A stretch of 62,891 nt of DNA, filler included, from Sphacelaria rigidula (Eukaryota): assembly GCA_964200075.2 (NCBI GenBank). It is 10 parts of 10 records of this genome, joined end to end, with 100 filler letters (N's around TTAATTAATTAA, not from the genome) between each part and the next. Parts side by side here need not be neighbours in the genome. Positions count along the whole stretch, not along the records: positions 37,796 to 43,994 come from CAXNAA020021564.1; positions 44,095 to 50,293 come from CAXNAA020021565.1; 8 more parts are not named here. The stretch is one strand, 5' to 3'. The stretch's first letter is position 1. Each line of letters begins with the position of its first letter. The notes under the pieces are model-generated. The model had not been told where the DNA came from. It saw only the letters and a list, made by a program, of their open reading frames with translations, and did no database searches. Both the position numbers and the translations under genes were made by a program. Shown one piece after another: positions 38,009-50,393 of this stretch.

Positions 38009-41000
38009 GAGTCCGACAACCCGGCCGTGCAACTGCGAGGACCCTATTTTGTTGCCAACGTCACACCTCCGCCGGTCAGGCGTCACGTCCTCATGCTTGC
38101 TGCAGGCACCGGCATCAACCCCAGTGAGTGTTAGCGCATTCTTGGAAAATCCCTACTTTTTAAAGTCATTATGGGTCTATCTTTCCTTTTTCTGTTGTTT
38201 TCTTGACTTTTGATCAGCGAGTGTTTTGGTTTTGTTTTGTCTCGGTACGTCTGTCGTTTGACCACGGCTGGATCCCTCGGGGATCACTTAAAGTATGTCA
38301 ATCAATCAAAACAATATTGTGGCCGTTTCTGGATTCGTAGCAAAATGCGACACAGACTCAATCACCCATCAAGTAGCTTGTAGCACTATCTGCGCATTTT
38401 ATGGTAGTGCTTATTGCGTATAATGAGCCATCAGCAGCATGAGTAATGTCGTCGGTGTTTCTCAAGTGGACGCTAGGTCTATAAAAACATACGGTTGTGC
38501 TGTTGAAACTGTGGTGGTAGTGCTCCTTAACGGTGAAACTGCACGCTCAGCTAGTTCATGCCGTACCCCAAAAAAAAAACAGTTTTCAAGAAGCCGTCCT
38601 CGTCCATGTCACTCAAAAGAATCAGCTCGGTGCCAAATAAGTTACTCGTTCGTTGCCCATCACCCCCTGCATGGTTCTCATTTATTCATGCCCCACTTGC
38701 CTGTACATGTTGTGGTGTTCGCATGGGCGCTCAGTGGTGCAAATAATTCGGGACTACCAGAGGTACACAAGGTGAGTTGGTGGCATCAAAGAAGTCCCTA
38801 CTTTCGTAGAAATCGAGCAAGTGCTACACAAGCGGAATTTCAATTTCAACATCATCGCTAAACAGATGACCTCCAGCTACTATTGCCTACGCGTGCATGC
38901 TGGTCTCGATTGCGAGTCGGGACCGGTGAGAAATATCCGAGCGTATTTTTTGCCAGACATGCTTGTTGCGGAGTGAGCGTTGTAGGTCGGTTCCGCGTGA
39001 AAGGTTGAGGAAATTGGCACTGCTTTAGCAGTTTGTTTTACCGTTTTGTTGCCGCCGTGCGAAGAACGACTTCGGATATTCGAATTGAGTCCACGTGCGT
39101 TTCCTGAGTGTCTAGCATTGGGCGCATCGTACCCAGTCAAAACACCAACCCATAGTTTGGAAGCTTGGAAGCGATGACCGCACGTGCTGTTTACACACGG
39201 AACTCTCGCACTGCAATTGCCAAAATCTAACCAAGATTGAACACGGAATTTGCTGCTCTTTCAGCGAGGGTAGTGACGAAGACGAAGTGCTGCCACAGCT
39301 GACGTTACTCTGGCAGAGCGTAACGAAGGAAGACATGTACTGCAAGCAAGAGCTCGAAGCACTCAAGGTACTCATTTGTCAGTTTCCTGTGTGCTCGAAC
39401 GGTAGTCATGAGTTCGCGAAGAGGCGCTACGTTTTGTCTCCCGCTTTGCATATTTGTCGACCACCTGAAGATATGCAGCACGTTATAGGGGTGGCACAGA
39501 TTGGTCCAGTCGAGTCAATGTACCAGAGCATGAGCAACTACATTTCCATGAGTACGATGTAAACGTCATACCCAGCTAAAGGGCGACGTGGGGCCAAAGA
39601 GTTTCCCACCCTTGGCGTTCGCAGGGACTGCGTATGATCCAAAGTTGCCATTTGGGTGTCTTGTTCCCATCCCGACAGGACAACGGGCCCGTTCGACTGG
39701 AGACGGTCTACCTTGTCAGCGGAGACCTTCAGAGAATGTATCCTGGGGATCATACCGTTAGCGACCTAACAATCACAAGGTCTTCGACCAGCCGCTGGTC
39801 GCCACAACAGTCTCGAGGAGGACTAGAAGCCACGGACAGACCGGAACTCGCGGGTCGCCACAGCAGCCTCATGACCAGCTTGGCAAACCGGAGAGTGTTC
39901 CAGCGGACTGCGCCATGGACGAGAGACGATCGCCCTCGGATGACGCCTCTGTCAACCAGCGATATCAAGTTCTCACCTGCGGTTGGCGAGAACCCACGAG
40001 GGTCAGAGGAACTCGATGCAGAAAACAACCACAAACCGTCTTCTGCCTCACACAAAGAACCCGTGCCTGTTTCCCATGGTGCTCGTCTGGAGAATGATGC
40101 GGACATCCTCGGCCCTACGTACTGCACGGCAACCGCCCGTGTTCAGGACGGTGGAAGTCAAGAGCATTCAGGGAATTCTGCGTCTGATCCACGTCTGGGT
40201 GGTGCCAGCATAGCTGATGATGATGGTAACACGATGTTTGACTGGATGAGATATAGACCACTTGCAAGAATGCCTTTCTTCCAACGGCGGAATGCTGGGA
40301 CGAAGAAGAAGGACGCGTCTTCGGTGACAGCAGCATCGAACAATGCACCTAGAGCGCCGAGAAACTCAGAGCTTCCGGTGGAGGTGTCAGTGCCCGTCCT
40401 CCCATCCGAGCGTGTGGTGTCGACCGAGTGGCAGGTGCGCCCTTCTGACTGCTTGAATGTCGTGTGGAGCTCTTTCAAGATTCTGAGTTCTTCGCAACTT
40501 ATGAATGCCGATTGAGGATTGGAAAATGAGCTTTCTTCCCGAGTCGATACTACTTTGTTGTAGTCGATGTGTTGTCTTTCGCTGAGTCATCCATTGTAAT
40601 ACAATCGCCATCGATTCCCGCGTGGCTTGCTTGACCTACCGTTGAAGTGTTGTCTCGATCCTTCCAAAACACTTCCGGGAGGTCTTCCTCCTTACATTCT
40701 GTGCAGTGTGAATCCAATGCGCGGACGAGTTGGACCTTGTTCCTCGCCTCTCGTCGCGATGCGTATAGTCTGAAGATGACAACCTTACCGCCACAGTGCC
40801 GCCCGCGCTGAATAACAAGCGAAGTGCTTCGCCTCAACTGGTTCAACCTACCACTGAGTGGTATCTGTCATTTTCCCTCTGAAAATCAAGTGTCAAAACA
40901 CGAACGATGGCGTACGCTAACTGGGGGGACAAGGTGGTTGCGAGGAAATAATGTACCAACCACAAATATTTCCCTTTGATCTCGAGTTCCTTCATTCACT

Positions 41001-42715
41001 CGGCTATTTTACTGAGGGCTTGAGGACAGAAGCGAAGTGCCCTTGAAACGGTTTTTCGCACCCAGGCGGAAATGGATCTGAGCATGCTGGTGCGTTCCGA
41101 TGAAAATATCAAAGTTCACTACATCAAGGTTTTCTCGCGCGATACCCAGCGAAACTATTGTATTATGGTACGTGTGTGAGCATCCCACTACAGCAACCAA
41201 TTACGGCTGACTCACACTGCTTCGAGTGGTGGCGTTTTGCCAACGGCGTCGACTGACCTCTGTAACACGTCAAATATGAAAGTGGAAACTTTAGGCGAAT
41301 TTCGGCGATGCAAATATCTGTCTTATGAACAACTCGCTGACCGGCGCTGATCCATTTCACGTACCCTCCACGGTCTTGCATTATCGTGCAACTGCCAAAT
41401 GGGATGTGGATGTCCCAGATGGATATCTCAGATCAGCCTTTTTATCCCAGATTGATGTCCCAGATGATTGTAATATCCAAGATTGAGGTTGGACGATAGT
41501 GCAAGACTCAGCTTCACGTCGCTAGTAGAAGGTACAACCAGAACCGTCAGATAGCTATAGCTATCCGCCCAACGCTGGAGTAGACCACTGCCTTGTTACC
41601 ACCTGACCCTGGCTCACAGTGTACCTGTCAGCAATCGTGTATCGAGCACAAACAACAAAAAAAACGTGTGAGAGCAACAGACGAGAAAAACATGTTTAGT
41701 CCAGCCCAAGATGTCCCGTGGTAGCGTCAAGCCAGCGATTTGCGCGCGGCAGGCATCATAACAAACGTTCTTGTTCATGTGCACGTGATTGTGGTGATGC
41801 AAAAGTTTTCATTCCGGCTGAAACGCACCCATATGGAGATATCCTCAGGGATACTTCTGATCTTGCCGTCCTTTCACTGTGCGCTGCACGTGACAACACC
41901 ACCGTCCTGGGCCTTGAAGATGGTGACAAGACCGAGGGGACAGGTTACCCGAGCACAGCTGCAGTCGCTTCTAGGAGAGTTGCCGGCGGAACGTTTGGCG
42001 AAAAGTTCTTACACGCAACCATTTTCCTATAAAGGGATCGATGAAGATTTGCTATGCGGTGGTGCGAGCGACACTGGTGATACTGGGCATCTGCAGGTAT
42101 GCCGTAAGTACTACCGTGGGTGTCCAAACATGTATCATTTTTCGTCACACTTTCAACCCCTCCCCTCCCTCGGAACGACTCCGTGGTCTAAGGGGATCAA
42201 CCCAGCTTGCTCCCGGCACACACCTTGCATGTGGGTGTGGTGGATTGGATCAGCATTCCCTCACCGCGTACGCGGGTGAAACACAGGAGTTTTGCTAATC
42301 ACGTCCTCACTTTTGCAATGGCGGAAAATCAGACACTTTCTCGCAAACGTTTTAGATGCTTTTTCCGAACTAAACCTCCGCAATCCTCCGCCCCAGCTGT
42401 CACCAGTTATACGACTTAGACCACCAGGGCGCGGCGGCTACTGTGCATGAAAATCTACCTTGCGTTTTTCGTACGGAGCTCACGAAAATATTCCAGAACA
42501 TGTTTTATATACATGCCAGTGGATGCGTTTGCAACGTTCATCTCAGCTGTGTGTCTTTGTTTCATCGCCGCATGTTGTGACGTGCTGTAATGCTGCTGGG
42601 TGCCGCCCCCGAACCGCAGGTGATCATTTCAGGACCGGAAGGGTTTGTGCTACATGCGCAGCGACTTCTTCGTGAGCTAGGAGTGCCAGAGGGGGCTTTA
42701 GTTCTTCTCCCGTGA
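38009..42715 (+). CDS. FNR-family (NADH-cytochrome b5 reductase-like) oxidoreductase, 3' part; exons 38009-38123, 38735-38771, 39265-39367, 39679-40434, 41920-42096, 42620-42715
   Basis: Phase-consistent splicing gives VQLRGPY..HVLMLAAGTGINP|MVQIIR..LTLLWQSVTKEDMYCKQELEAL..RPRGQVTRAQL..VIISGPEGFVLHAQRLLRELGV..*; these are the NAD-binding motifs of the ferredoxin-reductase family. Confidence 0.85.
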
Positions 42716-43994
42716 TAGCTATCATATCATACGACATCAGCGCCGGCATTGGTACGGGCAGCAACTGCGTGAATTGGAAACTGAAAAAGAGATGTATGTG
42801 TTGTTACACTTCCAACACGCGGCCGAGATATGGACCGAGCAGACTTCGTAAGCTATTGCGCCGCACCCGCCCGAAGATCGAAGATATTGCATTGCCCGCA
42901 CGATGTACTCGTGTCTGGTTGTGTCATAGTTGACGCTGGTCGTTGTGTTTGCTACTTTATGGATTAGCGTGCGGGAACAAGCGCAGTAATGTGTATCTTT
43001 AAAAGTGAGAATTTATGCTGTACTTGATAGCCAGTATCCGAATATGTCGTAGATTATCCTCACGTGATTTGTGTCCCGTCATTTATAGAATTGTGTCTAG
43101 ATGTTTTATGTGAGTACAAGTGGGTTCTGCTGGAGTTTTGATAATGTTGCTGGGTCTCGTATCCGCCTTCGCGAAGTGCTTCGCCCTACGTTTGAGGTTT
43201 AAGCGCGCGTTGCGGCTGGGGATGGCGTAGAAGGACGGAATACCTGTATCGCCGTTTTTAGCTAACATTCAAGATGTAAAGATGGGGGATTTGGAGGCGA
43301 AACTCTCTCCCTCTGCGAATTCCCCTGGAACCCCCAAAAAACTGTGGCATCATGTCCCTTAAAGATGAGGAAACCCGATCAAAAGTGGTTTCCTGTAATG
43401 AGGTGTTAAGCATGCACCTCTGTGTGCACGCAGGTCAACTGTGGTCAAGCCTGACAGCACACGTAAACAGAGAGCACCCTGTAGGACGTGCTGCACAGGG
43501 TTCTTCGCAGTCGTTGTGAAGACCTCTGTACGGCATTTGCAAACCCTGGTACCTCTACCAGCATTTTGTGTAGCGTTTTCCTCGAGACCCTGTGAGCAAC
43601 CCTGTGGAGAGGCACTCCCAATTTGAAAATTCCAACATATTTTGTTATTTTATTACAGAATCTATAAATGTCACTATATTCGTGAATTTCAGAGGGTAGT
43701 TTCAGATTCAGAGTGGATGCTCTAGCGTTCCTAACAGACATGTTTGTTTTTTGCTTGAGCCCACGTCCTGTGCATGTAGTTACCGTACAGTACCCCCTTC
43801 GAGGAATTCGGCGGTTTGGTTGGTGAGATACCGCACAAAGCATTTCGGAACTGAAACTGTTTCAGGCACTGATCGGTTTTCCTGAAAGAGGGGATCTTTT
43901 GTTGCAATGGACTGACTACGTCGTTCCGATCAGGTGATGTGTCAGATTGATCGTGCAGGTGACAGATTTCATTGAAGCCACCGCTTCACCAGCT

Positions 43995-44094
43995 NNNNNN
44001 NNNNNNNNNNNNNNNNNNNNNNNNNNNNNNNNNNNNNNTTAATTAATTAANNNNNNNNNNNNNNNNNNNNNNNNNNNNNNNNNNNNNNNNNNNN
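43995..44094. other. Artificial contig spacer
   Basis: Same 100-bp linker. Confidence 0.99.
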
Positions 44095-44180
44095 TTCGTA
44101 TCTTCCCTGCAAGAGAAAAATGCGACTTCAGCCCCATTTTAGAGTTGAACCCCAAAATTTAAAATCGGCTGTTTATTCAT

Positions 44181-45750
44181 TTGGGGGAAGTTATCACGTT
44201 ATCTTCGTTGATACGGTATTACTGGTGGATTGGGATGAAGGACAGTGTTAAATTCTGGGTCAGGAGATGTAATACATGTCAAGCTCGGAAAAACCCAAGA
44301 GACACAGTAAGGTGGCCATTTATTTCCTCACCACTGCCGAGTCAACCAGGGCAGATGGTTTCGTTTGATTTGTTGGGTCCGCTACCAAAATCAACGAAAG
44401 GGGTGCATTCATACTTTTGATGGATCTTTTTTGTAGGCATGCAAAAGCATACGCCCTTACTAAAGAAATATATTTTGGTAATGTGTCTGGTAAGGAATAG
44501 CAGGGACGGTATTGGAAAGGCGAGCCTACGTCTGTGACCACGGGTTCGCGAGATCGGACTAATGTGCGGAAATAATAATAATAATAATAAAGAAGAGAAA
44601 AAAGCGGAGGGTTGCGCGGACATTCTGGTGCACGACTATATTCCAAGATGGGGATGCCCTCACGTTTTTTTCCGATCGAGGAACGGAATTTACAGCACAA
44701 GTAGCAAGAATTGTCTATGAGATGTTGGGAGCCGTGAAACGATACACGAGTGAGGATCATCCACAATCGAATGGGATGGTAGAGCGACCAAAGCACACGT
44801 CATGTCAAATGTTGTCGTATTTGGTGGCTGATGACCAGAAAGATTGGGATAAGCTATTACTACACGCGATTTCTGCGCATAACAACAATGTAAGCAGAGG
44901 GATCGGCTTAGCGCCGAATGAGGTTCACATTGGGAGATATCCAAGGTTGCCCATGACTATCCTTGAGAGAAGAGGAGTGTATGTACATCAAGGGTTGAAG
45001 GCTGATCATCTGGCATTTTTGCAGCTGATGAAGGATCGCCAAATTAAAGCTTACGATCTTGTTAAAAAAAGGATACTACTTGATCAAATCCGAACATGAG
45101 TCGAATAACGAGCAGGTGGAAGAAGCTCTAAATCGAAAGCCAAAGTGGGAAGTAGGCAATTGGGTATTTGTCTATGATACAAAAGGTACCATTATGTCGG
45201 GGGGAAATGCGGTAAGGGAAGGGGGGGAAACAGTTTTAATCGTTTAAACTATCTCACTCCTGGAGGGGGGCATAAAAAATCATAAAAGGGCATGGCATAA
45301 AAAATCTTGGTGGTAGGGCCAGGTATTGCGGACAAAGGAAAAATCGTGGGAGAAAAACTACTGTTGCTTGAGCTGAGGAAGAATGAGCCTGGAGCAATCA
45401 TGAGTCCCCGAGTTTCTGTGTTGAGATGTAAGCGGTGCTTCAATCCAAGAGATGAACCGAAACCGCCGAAATCTCTACCTTGGGGTTCAAGTCAGTATGT
45501 GTTGAATCAATGTTCGGAACTATCACCTCCGTTACATTTAACCGAGGAAGATGTGTCGATACAGCTGGACACATATAGGCTGAAGCCCACGAAAATTGTG
45601 AGTCATCGTTTATCCCGTGGTTTGAGTGGAAAACTCTCAGTTCAATATTTATTATATTGGGAGAATCTGGAAAGACCCAGGTGGGAGCACGAGGAGGACT
45701 TGAAACAGTATGGACGGATGATCTTAACATAATGGATGGGGAACCCAAAT
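44181..45750 (+). mobile_element. Decayed Ty3/Gypsy (chromovirus-type) integrase plus chromodomain
   Basis: YYWWIGM..VRRCNTCQARK (Zn finger), MVSFDLLGPLP, HPQSNGMVER, DWD..L..AHN (rve core); VQYLLYWENLERPRWEHEEDL (chromodomain, ~45570-45730); frameshifts and stops. Confidence 0.92.
44477..44589 (+). mobile_element. ~113-bp (TAA)n-tailed short retroposon inserted in the integrase
   Basis: Interrupts the integrase frame; TAAAGAA appears on both sides; near-identical inverted copy at 62742-62850. Confidence 0.75.
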
Positions 45751-46617
45751 ATGGGAAAGCCGGATAATGCGAAGTATCCGAAGTACCGAGTGAATTTGGC
45801 GAGACGGGCGGAGGCTCGGGAAAGAGGTGAAGTGTTTGTGGCTCAAGGCTATGAACTGAGGAGCAATGTCACCGCTGGTCCTCACATCTATGACCCGTAA
45901 CTTGTCGGCTGTTCTATTTACTACGTGACGCAGACGAGGGGGTGACAATTGGCCCAGGTGATGGGTCTTCAGGAGGATGCGGATTTGCGAAGACGACCGC
46001 ACACCCTGAGGATGTTGGACATCGGCAGGAGGTATAATGTTCATCTTCTGGAGGAAAAATTGAACACCTCTCGGAATCAAGTGGGGGATTGGTGCTGGCA
46101 CCACCATGTGCTGAAGAGAACTTCAAAAATGTTTGCGCACACGCTATAGTTGAAGCCTTTGGAGGAGAACCGCGACCGTCATCGGATCTGAAGACGGACA
46201 TCAGAAGATATCGATGACTGGGGTGGTTTTGCATCGGTGCATGACGACGAGACGGAGATGAAGCTGTGCCAGGAGTACGATGAAATGGCTGGACTAATTT
46301 TCTTATCTTAGTTTGAATATTTTTTCTGTTTTAACATGGGGTTGACCGTTGTAATAATTGTGTAGGTTGAACACAGGCAGCCCTTTCAATGTAGAGAGCC
46401 GCTTTGTGAAGTATAATGCATGTAAACGTGGGGTACGAGGAGGAATGTAGTCATGGTTTTGAATTTTTCTATCGGGATCAAATGAGTTGGGGGCGGACTG
46501 GTTTGGATTATTAAATGTAAATATTGAGGCTCACCAGAGTTTTTGGCGTTTTTAATTAGTTTGTTCACCGAAATCATCTCAACAAAAGATGAAATTGAGG
46601 TTAATAGAAGGGGTTGA

Positions 46618-47280
46618 TGTGGTGAGCCGAACTCTCGGAGGCGTTCTGGTTTTGTACAGAACTAGTTCTAGTTTGAAAATATGAACTTGTGTACGGGTGG
46701 TAAATCGGGACAAAGCATGATCAACGAATACTTGTCCTGAGTTCAGAGATGGAGTTGTAGTATTTCAAGGCTTAACAAGTATAAATCGAGTCTCGGGCTA
46801 ATGGGGAGTTTGCATGTTCGATGTAATGAAACATTGGTATTCCGGATCGGAAGGTCAGAGCAGTAGGAGTATGCCAAAGGCTAGATTCAAGGAAGTTGAC
46901 GTTTTGTGGACCAGTGTTGGGAGTATAGGCAAGGAAAAATGATTGTTGAGTGTACTCCGAGCCTGGAAAGTGAGTTCTTCTAGAGAAATATCACAGGTTA
47001 GGTGGTCAAGTACAACAGAAGGGATGAAGAAGTACAGGGGCGAGGGCCGAAGCGTTTTCTGCACTCACCCCCCCGCGAGCTTCACTCCTTTTTACACCTT
47101 TGGTTTTTGGCTGGCGGTCTTGATTTTTGAGTGCTATTTCAAGAGCAGTTACGGGTGCTATTTTGTGAGTGGCGATAAAAATTTTAGTACAAATAACGAA
47201 AGAAAGAAGCATAAAAGCATATTCTTGTGTTTTGGGCACAGCGGGTCCCTCTCTCATCTTGGCTTTGACTGAACACGACA
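46618..47280 (+). mobile_element. Probable 3' LTR (663 bp) of the Gypsy element
   Basis: Purine-rich tract AGAAGGGG immediately upstream; begins TGTGGTG and ends CACGACA (TG..CA, 6/7 inverted match); the second LTR is not in the contig. Confidence 0.5.
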
Positions 47281-49266
47281 TCTAGCTCCTACAAAACGGG
47301 TGAAGCTACATTTGGGGAAGTGAGCGACAGCTTCTCTCACGACAGTGTATTGTGGATTTGGCTGTGGAGGCGTTCGTGACCTGCACACTCTTATTCGCGA
47401 ACCCCACCTGCAAATAGGCCGCGCCATACAAGTAGACGGGGGTAGACAAAGGACAGGCGCGACCATTTCTTCTTACATGACGCTACTGTTGTTCTTACCC
47501 TAACCCTAACCCCAACCCAAGGTGTACCGAGACCCCCCGGACAAGGTGTGCACTAGACACGTGTGCGCCGGTAGACCTCAGATCGGGCCTGGATTTCCAA
47601 TGTGGGCAACAGCGCTTTTTATGGGCACGCCTTTTTATCCTGGACACCCTGGGTGACAGAACATTGAACAATGTCGAAAAGTGCACTGCGTACAGTATCG
47701 ATTATTACGTCTGTTGTCTACGAGTATTGTAATATATTGTCCACAGACAGTGTAGAAACCTGCCTGTGAAGCCTGCCTGCACGGACGGTGTAGAGGCAAA
47801 AAAAATACTGGAATCTTCCTATGGATGCAAGGGACGCCTTGTGTCTTCATCACGTACGAGACCACTAGCATACTGTTCTGTGGGGCATATTTCACTGTCG
47901 AGCTACATGAAGGAACGGATCAACCTTCGACCACCAGCGTGGGTCATGTGTTGAATCGGCATCGTTCTTCACGTAACTAACGAATGTAAGACCTCCCCCC
48001 TATTCATAGCGGTCAAAGCGCCAAGGGTTAGGGGTTAACAATAACACGCACTCGGCATGTACAGTACAAAGTAATTAGCAACCACGATACGTTGTCATCC
48101 GAGCCAGATGGTGCGACAGGAGTCAAATCGACACGCTACAACACCGTAATAAACGCTTGCTAGTGCGCTGAAAAACAGAAAACGATCCGGGCACAGCACA
48201 GTACAGTCAGGGGGGGTACACAGTATCTCAAAGTCAAGGTTGCCGCTACGATATTTGATCGTAAATTACTGCTGTGGATTGTATACCGCAAACCTCGAGT
48301 TGGAGATACCCGTCGAGAGACGAAGCTACCTCGGCGAGAACACTTTGACACCGTAAGAAATGAAAACTACTCCGAAAAATGGATAGGGAAAAAGTCACGG
48401 TTGAACTTGCCAGATCGCAACAAAGCAAGCACAGATGCGGCAGCGCACGGCAGCATTGATGTCTATCATAGCTTGAGCTTTCAAATTCATTTTGGACAAC
48501 CTTGCACGGTTTCACCATAGGTTGTTGCCCGGAATGCTTCTCGCACAAAAACCCGCGCGAAGATATAGACCCTCACCTGGTGTACTGACTGAGCTGTATT
48601 GAAACCGTCTGTCCGAACACACAGCAGCGAGAGAGCTGTGTGCAAGTAACTCCGGCTTACAACTCCTGTCTATATCGCAGTAATAAGCAGCACCTCTCCA
48701 GCAGGACACAGAGACGGCTTCTGACCCACCAGGTTACTAATTTTCTGCCTCTTAATCTTACCGTTACGCGGGCGTAATGAGTCCAGCTGCCCCCCCATAT
48801 CAACGCCCATCGCTCGACGTCGCGTTTCGTCGTTTTCCATTACCGTTCAGACGAATTTTGAATTTTGTTTTTTGTTTTTTTCGTTGCGACGATGAAAAAT
48901 GGTTTGGTCATTATTAAAACTCATGTTCTTCGTCGTACTTCAGCGCTAACACCGATGTTTCGGAACGTTTTTATCAACAAAATTGCTCCACGCACGGCAC
49001 ACGCTGCTCCAATTCTTCAGGTTGCACATCACAGCCAGCTTATTCTGGACAACGTCCCTTGGGTTTCACAGTGCTGATAGATTGCAAAGGGTGAATCAGA
49101 GCGTTTATCAAGTTCAAGCACTCAGCGGCGTGTCCCAGGAAGCAGCAAGGAGTAAGACACCTTTTATCAAACTTCCTTCTACTGTCCTTATCAAAAAGTA
49201 TCTCACTCAGTTTGCGGGATTTGTTCCCGTTGCAACTGGACCGGCACAGAGCTTTTGGGGGTTAGG

Positions 49267-49344
49267 ATGTTGGATAAATGGATAGCCACGCTCACAGCCG
49301 GAGACTGCCTGGAAGAACGAGATCTGAAGAAACTGTGTCAGATG
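49267..49344 (+). CDS. First exon of a PPP-family Ser/Thr phosphatase catalytic subunit (PP6-like; PP4 or PP2A not excluded)
   Basis: MLDKWIATLTAGDCLEERDLKKLCQM fits the LD.WI......L.E.DLK.LC N-terminus; followed by a gtgagt donor. Confidence 0.75.
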
Positions 49345-50293
49345 GTGAGTGCAGTGCATGGAAAAATGAGACAGAACATCACACCAGACTGGCGTCTCGT
49401 GTGCGAAACAAAATTTTCCCGTAGTGTACGGAATTTAACACCCCCTGTTTGAGCAGGTTTATAGCCCCAGTTTTCTCCAGTAACTGAGCTTCAAACTCGT
49501 GTAAGGACTTCACCTACCGAGAGATGTCCAGAAAGTTCACATTGCATTGAATTTATTAGTGTCGACTGCATCGTATCCTCTTAGAAAAACATGTTTAAGA
49601 ATCTTTTGCATGGGGGTGTTATCGTGCCTCGACGCTGCAACGGTCGTTCACGACGATACCCTTCATCACGACGTGGGTGTACTTAAGTAGGGTATCGGCC
49701 AGGCCACAGTCAGTGAGTCTCGTGGAAGTTAGGGCTGCAGCAGCTTCGCGTCACCACTATCGGTGGTGTACGCACAGAGCACTCTGCTTGACGGTCTACA
49801 CTACCTGTGCACGTACGGCACGTAGTCCATCGCCATACCGCGAGAACACACAACACAGTACCTGAAGATAGCAGTGTAGCGAAATCGGATACGCGTGTGT
49901 ACGGTACATTTTACGACCGCCCGAGCTGACATTCGGGGCGCGTATTGGCGCAGGGACGAGAAGTGATGCCCAGTTCAATCTGACGGTGTGTTGCTGTGTC
50001 CGGGGGTCGTAGCAGGCTAAGTGAAACCTGATAAGACAAGAAGAAAACCATGCGTGCCCGAGAGAGTGTCCTGGCCGCGGGAATAATCCTGCTGTGTCCT
50101 CATGTGTCTGTTCGAGCCGAGCCAGGACGTTCGCTTGGTTACACTGCACACTGCGAACGCGGCAAAGTGTTGTGGCGGTGCTTTGAACTTAAGCTGAATC
50201 CTTGCTACTTCACAACAGACTGCTCTTTACCCTTTGAACGCTCGGACCTCTATGATGATTGGACGCAAATAAAACGGGCTTTATTGGTGGTAG

Positions 50294-50393
50294 NNNNNNN
50301 NNNNNNNNNNNNNNNNNNNNNNNNNNNNNNNNNNNNNTTAATTAATTAANNNNNNNNNNNNNNNNNNNNNNNNNNNNNNNNNNNNNNNNNNNN
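50294..50393. other. Artificial contig spacer
   Basis: Same 100-bp linker. Confidence 0.99.
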
